From: Polyangiales bacterium
GTDB taxonomy: Bacteria > Myxococcota_A > Polyangia > Polyangiales > DASUME01
Reading direction: 5' to 3'
DNA: 38,035 nt
Assembly (NCBI GenBank): GCA_040508235.1
Contig: JBEVNG010000067.1
Location: 1 to 38,035 of the forward strand
How positions within the stretch are numbered: the stretch's first letter is position 1; each line of letters starts with the position of its first letter. The notes under the pieces are model-generated. The model had not been told where the DNA came from and searched no databases. It saw only the letters and a list, made by a program, of their open reading frames with translations. Shown here piece by piece: positions 27,167 through 38,035 of this stretch. The position numbers and the translations under genes are program-made.

Positions 27167-28369
27167 TCAGTGGCAGTAGTTCTGGCCGAGCGGAATGGTG
27201 ACGCTCCAGGGATAGTTCCCGAAGTTGTCGAAGCTCTTCACGATGGTGTTGGTCATCGTGTCGATGATCACGACGCGGTTGGCACCGCTGACGGCAGCCA
27301 CGACGTACTTGCCGTCGCGCGTGGTGGAGGCGGTCTCGGTGTTTCCGCCGACGGGGATGCGGTCGCGCACTTCCATCGTCTCGGTGTCCAGCACCGCGAT
27401 ATCCTTGCGCACGCGGTTCATCACGAACGCCTTGTTCGGCGCCAGCGACGAGAAGTTCACGCCGTACGCTTCCTCGTCACCCGGCAGCGTGCCGATCACC
27501 GAGGGCTCCTTGGCGCCGTTGATCACGGACACGGTCTGGTCGCCGAAGTTGGTAACCACGTGGCGCAGCGGCACGTTGCTGAAGGGGTGCTCGGCGAACG
27601 CCACCCACGGCTTCAGGCCCGCCTTGAGCTCCGTGCGCTTGGTGCGCGACATGGTGTCGTACACGATGACGCGGCCGGTCTCGTGGTGCGCGGCGTACAT
27701 CACTCCCTCGCGATCGATCTGCACGTCGCCAAAGCCACCCTCCTCGGGTGCCAGCGTCTGGTTCGGCGGCACGTCGAAGCCGTCGAGCGCGACGTGGCCA
27801 TCGATCTCGAGCGACTCCAGGTTGACGCGCGTCACGTGGTAGGCACCGATGTTCGCGACGTAGCCGAACTTTCCGTCGGGCGAGAAGCGCATGAAGTGCG
27901 GCGTGAAGAAGCCGCCCAGGCGCTTGATCTCGGTGTCGGTGTTGGTGTCGATGAACGAGACCGCGCCGGTACCCTCGTCTTCGTCCATGACCGCGAGCAC
28001 GCCGCGGCCGTCGTTGTTGGTGATGTGCGTGGGGTGCTTGCCCAGCGCGACGCGCTTGAGCACGTCGTAGTTCTTGCTGCGCGTCAGCTCGAACGTGCGC
28101 AGATCGATCACGCCGATCTCACCCGAGTCGCGGCACACGATGTACGCGCGGTTGAGCAGACCTTCCGGCGTGTTGTCCATGCCAAAGCCCTTGGCATCCA
28201 GCACCACCAGCTCGTCCTTGTCCGAGTTGGTCAGGTACACCTTGGTGAAGTCGCTGTTCAGCTCCGCCATGTGCACGCCCGGGATGCCGAGCGGATCGTC
28301 GTCGTCCTTGTTCGCCGAGCAAGCGGCGAGCACGCCGAGGAGGAGGGCCCATTTGGTCGATGCAGTCAC
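27167..28369 (-). CDS. YVTN/YncE-type beta-propeller lipoprotein, His-rich, ending in NYCH
   Basis: GAGG RBS, GTG 28369, lipobox LAAC, repeated blades (PHFMRFSPDGKFGYVAN, IPVGGNTE). First gene after riboswitch 3. Confidence 0.85.
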   Translation of the reverse strand: MTASTKWALLLGVLAACSANKDDDDPLGIPGVHMAELNSDFTKVYLTNSDKDELVVLDAKGFGMDNTPEGLLNRAYIVCRDSGEIGVIDLRTFELTRSKNYDVLKRVALGKHPTHITNNDGRGVLAVMDEDEGTGAVSFIDTNTDTEIKRLGGFFTPHFMRFSPDGKFGYVANIGAYHVTRVNLESLEIDGHVALDGFDVPPNQTLAPEEGGFGDVQIDREGVMYAAHHETGRVIVYDTMSRTKRTELKAGLKPWVAFAEHPFSNVPLRHVVTNFGDQTVSVINGAKEPSVIGTLPGDEEAYGVNFSSLAPNKAFVMNRVRKDIAVLDTETMEVRDRIPVGGNTETASTTRDGKYVVAAVSGANRVVIIDTMTNTIVKSFDNFGNYPWSVTIPLGQNYCH

Positions 28370-28467
28370 GTGATCCTCACTGTCTGCTCGTGAGGAAGAC
28401 GGGCGCGCCGCCCCTGCAAAATAGGGCAACCGACGGCCACTCCGTTTCCCGCGGAGGCTATGCCGGT

Positions 28468-28575
28468 CGCATTGGGTAAGTCTCCTGGCTTGCGTGGAGA
28501 TACTCCACGCTCACAGTGGCGGAACCGCGCCGGACTTTAACCGGCTTCCTCGTTATGCCTCGCGGCACCCAAACG
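28468..28575 (-). ncRNA. Cobalamin riboswitch 3, short form
   Basis: Reverse complement: TTTGGGTGCCGCGAGGCATAACGAGGAAGCCGGTTAAAGTCCGGCGCGGTTCCGCCACTGTGAGCGTGGAG-TAT-CTCCACGC-AAGCCAGGAGACTTACCCAA. TTGACA lies upstream at 28617-28612. Confidence 0.9.
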
Positions 28576-28692
28576 ACGTTGTCGCGGGTGACTATCTCGT
28601 GCGTAAGGTGGTGTCAAGGTTCGCCGACATCACGCAAGGCAGTCAGCGTCCGCGATGAATGTCGCGCAGCAGCGCAGCAACGGCATGACTCG

Positions 28693-29418
28693 CTACAGCG
28701 TCCGCTCGGTCCAGGCTTTGTTGCGCTCGATGCGCTCGTCGTCCGTGATCAGCGGGCAGCTCACGCAGTAGTGGCCGCTGGGGACCTTGTAGTAGAGGCA
28801 GCAGCTGGCGCGGCGGTGGTAGACGCGGGTGACGTCGCAGTGCGTGACCTCGTACGCGTGCGGGGCGTTGGCGTCGTCGGCGAAGAACGCCTGGATCGTT
28901 TGCAAGACTTCGCCTGCGCGGCCGAGCGCGGTCAACACGGGCTCGAACTGCGCGGCCCACGACGACTCGACTTGTCCCCAGAGCGCCTTGCGGGGAAAGC
29001 GCGACCAGCGCGAGAGCGCATCCACCACGGGGAGCGACTGCGCGACCAACGTGGCGTGGGCGCTCAACGTCGACAGGCGCGGCTCGATCAAGCACACGCG
29101 CTCGAACAGCGCGCCGTTCGCGCTGAAGCGTAGCCATGTATTGGCGAGCGCCAGGTCCGGCACCAAGCCGGCGAGCAGGTGAGGACCGAGCGCGGCCGCG
29201 GAGGACCAGCCGAAGCGCAGCGCGAAGGAGGCGGCGATCACCTTACGGTCGCGGGTCTGCAGACGCTCGCCGATCTGAGTGAGCAGCTCGGCGAACGGAC
29301 CGCGCTCCGGCTCGGCGAAGGCGCCGCCCTCGATCCAACCCGCCCCGGCGGGCGTGCCGAGCTCGACGACCCAGCTCGGGTTGAGCTCGCGCAGGCGCTG
29401 GTAGCTCTCGCGCAACAT
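28693..29418 (-). CDS. FhuF-like ferric reductase / [2Fe-2S] protein
   Basis: C-terminal RRASCCLYYKVPSGHYCVSCP is the FhuF C-C-x10-C-x2-C motif. ATG overlaps the nrdB stop (TGATG). Confidence 0.85.
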   Translation of the reverse strand: MLRESYQRLRELNPSWVVELGTPAGAGWIEGGAFAEPERGPFAELLTQIGERLQTRDRKVIAASFALRFGWSSAAALGPHLLAGLVPDLALANTWLRFSANGALFERVCLIEPRLSTLSAHATLVAQSLPVVDALSRWSRFPRKALWGQVESSWAAQFEPVLTALGRAGEVLQTIQAFFADDANAPHAYEVTHCDVTRVYHRRASCCLYYKVPSGHYCVSCPLITDDERIERNKAWTERTL

Positions 29419-30434
29419 CAGAACGCGGCGTCGAGGGAGACTTCGCCGGTGACGGCGACCTGGTAGGCGGAGACGCGGCGCTCGAAGAAGTTGGTGACCT
29501 CTTGCACGTCCTGCAGGTCCATGAACGCGAGCGGGTTCTTGGCGCCGTAGCGCCTGGGCATTCCAAGCGTCTTCAGGCGCTGATCGGCGCAGTACTCGAG
29601 GTACGTGCGCACGTCGCGCACCGAGAGGCCCGCGATGCCGCCGGCTAGCAGGTCCTCGGCGAACTGCGTCTCGCACTCGATCGCCTCGTCGAGCATCTCG
29701 CCGACCTGCCGCTCCAGCTGGGCGTCGAACAGCGCAGGCTCTTCCTTGCGCACGGTCTCGATCACGTCGAACGCGAAGCGCATGTGCATGCTCTCGTCGC
29801 GGAACACCCAGCTGGTGCCGGCGGACAGGCCGTGCAGCATGCCGCGCGAGCGCAGGAAGTAGACGTAGGCAAACGCGCCGAAGAAGAACAGACCCTCGAT
29901 GCAGGCCGCGAAGCAGATCAGGTTGAGCAGGAACTGCCGGCGGTCGCCAGCGTCCTGCAACCGATCCTTGTCCTGCATGCTGTCGAGCCAGCGCATGCAG
30001 AACTCGGCCTTCTTGCGGATCGACGGGATGTTCTCGACCGCTGCAAAGGCGGCGTTGCGCTCGTCAGGGTCCGGTACATAGGTGTCGAGCAGCGTGAGGT
30101 AGAACTGCACGTGCAGCGCCTCCTCGTACAGCTGCCTGGACAGGTACATGCGCGCCTCGGGCGCGTTGATGTGCTTGTAGAGGTTGAGCACCAGGTTGTT
30201 GGCGACGATCGAGTCGCCGGTGGCGAAGAACGCGACCAGCCGCTGGATCAGGTGTCGCTCGGCCGGGCTCATGCGCGCGAGGTCGCGCACGTCCGTACCG
30301 AAGTCGACCTCCTCCACCGTCCAGGTGTTCTTGATCGACGAGCGATACAGCTCGTAGAACTGCGGATACGCCATCGGGCGCAAGGTCAGGCACAGCCCGG
30401 GATCGAGCAGGCGGTTGGGTCTCTGCACACTCAC
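29418..30434 (-). CDS. nrdB: Class Ia ribonucleotide reductase beta subunit
   Basis: FFATGDSIV, EEALHVQFY (radical Tyr), IEGLFF, RDESMH, TNFFERRVSAY. GTG overlaps the nrdA stop. Confidence 0.95.
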   Translation of the reverse strand: MSVQRPNRLLDPGLCLTLRPMAYPQFYELYRSSIKNTWTVEEVDFGTDVRDLARMSPAERHLIQRLVAFFATGDSIVANNLVLNLYKHINAPEARMYLSRQLYEEALHVQFYLTLLDTYVPDPDERNAAFAAVENIPSIRKKAEFCMRWLDSMQDKDRLQDAGDRRQFLLNLICFAACIEGLFFFGAFAYVYFLRSRGMLHGLSAGTSWVFRDESMHMRFAFDVIETVRKEEPALFDAQLERQVGEMLDEAIECETQFAEDLLAGGIAGLSVRDVRTYLEYCADQRLKTLGMPRRYGAKNPLAFMDLQDVQEVTNFFERRVSAYQVAVTGEVSLDAAF

Positions 30435-32812
30435 TGGCACGCCTCGCAGCTCTCGGGGTTTTCGAGCGAGCACACCACCGCCGCCGTCGCTTCCTCGCTG
30501 CTGGAGACGGTCGCCTTCGCGATCTTGGTCGCCGGCCGCGAGCGCAGGTAGTAGGTGGTCTTGAGTCCGCTCTTCCAGGCGTAGAAGTACATCGACGACA
30601 GCTGGCCGATGTTCGGGTTCTCGATGAACAGGTTGAGCGACTGGCTCTGATCGATGAACGCACCGCGCTCGGCGGCCAGATCGATCAGGGCGCGCATCGG
30701 CAGCTCCCAGGCGGTGCGGTACACCTTCTTGAGCTCCTCGGGCAGGCTGAGTCCCTGCACCGAGCCTTCCCCGAGCTTGAGCTGGGCGCGCGTGGCCTCG
30801 GTCCACAACCCGAGCTCCTTCAGCTCGGCGACCAGGTAGCGGTTCACCTGCATGAAGTCGCCGGACAGCGTCTCGCGCTTGAACAGGTTCGACACCTGCG
30901 GCTCGATGCACTCGTAGCAGCCAGCGATCGACGCGATCGTCGCGGTGGGTGCGATGGCGATCAGCAGCGAGTTGCGCAGGCCGTGCTCGCGGATCTGCTG
31001 GCGCAGCTGATCCCAGCGCTCCTGCTGCGACGGCACCACACCCCAGGCATCGAACTGCAGCTCACCACGCGCCGCGCGTGTCTCCGCGAACGACGGATGC
31101 GCACCCTTGGCCTGCGCGAGCTCCAGCGAAGCCGACAGCGCGTGATAGTAGACCTCCTCCGAGATCCGCCGCGACAGCGCGCGCGCCTCCGTGCTGTCGA
31201 ACGCCAGCCGCAGCTTGAAGAACACGTCCTGCAGGCCCATCAGCCCGAGGCCGACCGGACGCCAGCGGTTGTTCGACGCTTTGGTGGTCGCGATCGGGTA
31301 GTAGTTGAGATCGATCACCGCATCGAGCTGACGCACGGCCGTGCGCACGGTCGACGCCAGCTTCGCGAAGTCGAAGCCCTCGCTGCCCACGTGCCTTCCG
31401 AGGTTGATGGAGCCGAGGTTGCAGACCGCGGTCTCGTCGCCCGAGGTGACCTCCAGGATCTCGGTGCACAGGTTGGAGAGGTGCACGGTGCGACCGGGCA
31501 GCGCGGTCTGGTTGCAGGCCAGGTTCGACTTGTCCTTGAACGTGATCCAGCCGTTGCCGGTCTGCGCCAGCGTGCGCATCATGCGGCCGTACAGCTCGCG
31601 CGCATTGACCGTACGCTCGGCCAGCCCCGCGCGCTCCGCCTCTTCGTACGCCTCGTCGAACGCCGGTCCGTACAGGTCGCACAGCGCGGGCACACGCTTG
31701 GGATCGAACAGCGACCACGGAGCGTTCGCCTCCACGCGGCGCATGAACAGGTCCGAGATCCAGTTGGCCAGGTTCAGGTTGTGCGTGCGCGCGGACTCGT
31801 CGCCGGTGTTGTCGCGCAGCGAGAGGAACTCCTCGATGTCCGCGTGCCAGCTCTCCAGGTACACGCAGCACGCGCCCTTGCGCTTGCCGCCCTGGTTCAC
31901 CGCCGAGACGCTGGCGTCGAGCGTCTTGAGCCACGGCACGATGCCGTTGGAGTGGCCGTTGGTGCCCTGGATCAGCGAGCCGCGCGAGCGCACGCGGTGG
32001 TACGCCAGGCCGATGCCGCCCGAGAACTTCGAGAGCATCGCGACGTCGGTGTACGTGCGGTAGATCTGCTCCAGCGAGTCGTTCGGCGAGTCGAGCAGGA
32101 AGCAGCTCGACAGCTGCTCGTGGCGCGTGCCGGCGTTGAACAGCGTGGGCGAGCTCGGGATGTACTCCAGCGCCGAGAACAGGCGGTAGAGGTCGAGCGC
32201 GTCGCCGACGTTCTCGCTCAGCGCGCAGGCGATGCGCATGAAGAACTGCTGCGGCGTCTCCAGCACCAGGCGCGTCTTGGGGTGCTTGATCAGATAGCGG
32301 TCGTAGAGCGTGCGCAGACCGAAGTACTCGAAGTTCGCGTCGCGCTCGCCGTCGATGGCGTGGTCGAGCTTGCGCGCGTTGGCGCGCACGAAGTCGAGCA
32401 GCCTGTCGTTGATCAAGCCCGCTTCCGCCGCCGCGCTCACCGACTGCGAGAACGCGTGGATGCCCTGGTTGCGCACCTCCTTGTCGACGTACGTGGACAG
32501 CAAGCGGGCAGCCAGGCGCGCATACTCGGGCTCTTCCGCGATCAACGCGGCCGCGGTCTGGATCGACAGGCGATCGAGCTCGCTGGTGGTCGCGCCGTCG
32601 TAGAGGCCGCTGATCGTCTTGGTCGCGACGCGCAGCGCATCGACACCGGGCAGACCCGCGCAGCAGCGGTTCACCGCGCGCACGATCTTGTTGACGTCCA
32701 CCGGCTCCGGAGCCCCGCTGCGCTTGGTGACGCGCATGGTGCTCTGCGGATAGCCGGAGTCGCGCGCCGTCTCCCCGCGACGCGCCGTTGCCAGATCTCC
32801 CCCATTCAACAT
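30431..32812 (-). CDS. nrdA: Class Ia ribonucleotide reductase alpha subunit with ATP cone
   Basis: VTKRSG ATP cone, SPTLFNAG, LSSCF, SNLCTEI, VCNLGS, APTAT, DQSQS, KTTYYLR, C-terminal CEAC. AAAAGGAG RBS before ATG 32812. Confidence 0.96.
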   Translation of the reverse strand: MLNGGDLATARRGETARDSGYPQSTMRVTKRSGAPEPVDVNKIVRAVNRCCAGLPGVDALRVATKTISGLYDGATTSELDRLSIQTAAALIAEEPEYARLAARLLSTYVDKEVRNQGIHAFSQSVSAAAEAGLINDRLLDFVRANARKLDHAIDGERDANFEYFGLRTLYDRYLIKHPKTRLVLETPQQFFMRIACALSENVGDALDLYRLFSALEYIPSSPTLFNAGTRHEQLSSCFLLDSPNDSLEQIYRTYTDVAMLSKFSGGIGLAYHRVRSRGSLIQGTNGHSNGIVPWLKTLDASVSAVNQGGKRKGACCVYLESWHADIEEFLSLRDNTGDESARTHNLNLANWISDLFMRRVEANAPWSLFDPKRVPALCDLYGPAFDEAYEEAERAGLAERTVNARELYGRMMRTLAQTGNGWITFKDKSNLACNQTALPGRTVHLSNLCTEILEVTSGDETAVCNLGSINLGRHVGSEGFDFAKLASTVRTAVRQLDAVIDLNYYPIATTKASNNRWRPVGLGLMGLQDVFFKLRLAFDSTEARALSRRISEEVYYHALSASLELAQAKGAHPSFAETRAARGELQFDAWGVVPSQQERWDQLRQQIREHGLRNSLLIAIAPTATIASIAGCYECIEPQVSNLFKRETLSGDFMQVNRYLVAELKELGLWTEATRAQLKLGEGSVQGLSLPEELKKVYRTAWELPMRALIDLAAERGAFIDQSQSLNLFIENPNIGQLSSMYFYAWKSGLKTTYYLRSRPATKIAKATVSSSEEATAAVVCSLENPESCEACQ

Positions 32813-32933
32813 CTCGCGCTCCTTTTTCAGCCGCGAGAGGACGTGGTGAGACGGACGCACGAAGGGCGCCTCGATCGCACCCTTCCGCCCTCCCACGAGG
32901 CTCCTGGGTCATCGCGCGCCATCTCGACGCACG

Positions 32934-33118
32934 GCACAGGCAGGTCTTCGGGCTCACGAGCTCACCGATCGAGATCGGCTTCCTACTGTTCACCGCTTCC
33001 CAGTCTTGCGACCAGTGCTCGAGGTGAAGGTCGTTCTCGCTTACCGCTGCGGGGCAGCCCCGGAATCGAACCGGGTTCCCTTTTCAGCTCCGACGAAAGA
33101 GTGTCGGAGCACCTGTGC
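32934..33118 (-). ncRNA. Cobalamin riboswitch 4, long (class I-like) form, upstream of nrdAB
   Basis: Reverse complement: GCACAGGTGCTCCGAC..GTCGGAGCTGAAAAGGGAACCCGGTTCGATTCCGGGGCTGCCCCGCAGCGGTAA...GCACTGG...CTGGGAAGCG...GAGCCCGAAGACCTGCCTGTGC. Confidence 0.96.
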
Positions 33119-33121
33119 GAC

Positions 33122-33201
33122 TCACGATATATGGGCTCCGACCGTGTCCTGTCAAACGAGATGTTGGGGTTGGTCGTTCGTGATCCCCCTACAGGTCGGG
33201 G
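33122..33201. promoter_or_regulatory. Three NrdR boxes at 32 bp spacing over the nrdA promoter
   Basis: TCACGATATATGGGCT (33122), AAACGAGATGTTGGGG (33154), CCCCTACAGGTCGGGG (33186) against consensus acaCwAtATaTwGtgt. Minus-strand TTGACA at 33155-33150. Confidence 0.75.
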
Positions 33202-33386
33202 ATACGCGGTGGATATCCTGTGGGTTCACGGTGGGTGAAGCCGCTGGCTCGGGCGTGCATCGCAGCCGCCCTTGCACCTCGACTTGAGCGAAGTACGCGC
33301 AAGCTTACTCGCGCCCCCGTCCGCATGGACCGCCACGTCATGTCCTGACGTAAGGATGCGTCGCGCCTGATTCCCCGCGTGCCCAA

Positions 33387-37226
<3,840 letters not shown>

Positions 37227-37301
37227 CCCTCCGAAGCCGGCAAGACCCGAGCGCGAAACCTGTGCTGTTTACGCTCCGCGCTGAGGCTCGGAGGAGACAA
37301 C

Positions 37302-38035
37302 ATGGGTGGTTTGATTCGTGGCGTGCTGGTGCTGGCGCTCGCGTTCGCCGGGTGCGGCAAGTCCCAGAGTGACGCGCCGGTCGACAAGAAGGAGTCCGCC
37401 GCCAAGAGCGACACGTTCACCGTGGGCTTCGTGTACGTCGGCCCGCGCGACGACTTCGGCTACAACCAGGCACACGCGGAAGGTGCCAGGTCGCTGGCGG
37501 GCGTGAAGCTCCTCGAAGAGGAGAAGGTGCCCGAGACGATCGACGTCCAGAAGACGATCGAGAGCATGATCAACCTGGACGGCGCCAGCGTGGTGTTCCC
37601 CACCTCGTTCGGCTACTTCGATCCGCACATCCTCAAGCTCGCGCCCAAGTACCCCAAGGTCACCTTCCTGCACTGTGGAGGTCTGTACACGGAGGGCAAG
37701 CACCCGGAGAACGTGGGCAGCTACTTCGGCTACATCGACGAGGTCGAGTACCTGAACGGCATCGTCGCCGCGCACGCGACCAAGAGCGGCAAGCTCGGCT
37801 TCATCGCCGCCAAGCCCATCCCGCAGGTACTGCGCAACATCAACGCCTTCACGCTCGGCGCGCGCAGCGTGAACCCCAAGATCGTCACCACCGTGGTGTT
37901 CACCGGCGATTGGTCGCTGCCGGTCAAGGAAGCAGACTCCGCCAGCAGTCTGATCGATCAGGGTGTGGACGTGCTGACCATGCACGTCGACAGCCCCAAG
38001 GTGATCGTGCAGACCGCAGAGAAGCGCGGCGTGTA
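37302..38035 (+). CDS. BMP-family ABC substrate-binding lipoprotein, 3' end runs off the window
   Basis: GGAGGAG RBS; MGGLIRGVLVLALAFAGC lipobox; VGFVYVGPRDDFGYNQAHAEG, TSFGY, NINAFTLGARSVNP. Missing from the ORF track. Confidence 0.9.
   Translation, partial: MGGLIRGVLVLALAFAGCGKSQSDAPVDKKESAAKSDTFTVGFVYVGPRDDFGYNQAHAEGARSLAGVKLLEEEKVPETIDVQKTIESMINLDGASVVFPTSFGYFDPHILKLAPKYPKVTFLHCGGLYTEGKHPENVGSYFGYIDEVEYLNGIVAAHATKSGKLGFIAAKPIPQVLRNINAFTLGARSVNPKIVTTVVFTGDWSLPVKEADSASSLIDQGVDVLTMHVDSPKVIVQTAEKRGV

Noticed and set aside
37227-37301. GAAAC-N7-GTTTAC dyad or a purine-type riboswitch upstream of the BMP gene
   Set aside because: The spacer is short, the dyad is single and weak, and no riboswitch consensus is present.

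Overview
High-GC window, probably from a myxobacterium (Polyangiales-like). The taxon is inferred from DAG-rich lipoprotein linkers, a MYXO-CTERM-like tail and a large Ser/Thr kinase-AAA protein. Almost the whole window is a cobalamin (B12) island with four cobalamin riboswitches, two long and two short. They precede a Ni/Co permease, a TonB receptor plus beta-propeller lipoprotein, an uncharacterised operon (beta-propeller, trypsin-like protease, MYXO-CTERM protein), and class Ia nrdAB with a FhuF-like [2Fe-2S] gene. The window also holds metE/metR, two candidate surface B12-binding lipoproteins, glyA, fpr with a ChuX/HutX-like gene and btuCDF-like ABC genes, and ethylmalonyl-CoA mutase (ecm/meaA)-meaB coupled to a CarH/CarA-like MerR regulator that lacks a B12 domain. 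A RamB/PrpR (ScfR) regulator with TTTGC(A/G)AA boxes, an aldolase, a GlcD-like oxidase, the kinase and a partial BMP lipoprotein complete it. The main leads are: the riboswitch-controlled surface protease operon (candidate B12 or cobalt scavenging system); an apparent in-frame swap of two adjacent segments inside its propeller gene; the MerR-hotdog-like fusion; the nrdAB-fhuF operon under NrdR plus riboswitch control; and ScfR-like boxes at glyA/fpr. All calls come from reading motifs; no database searches were run.
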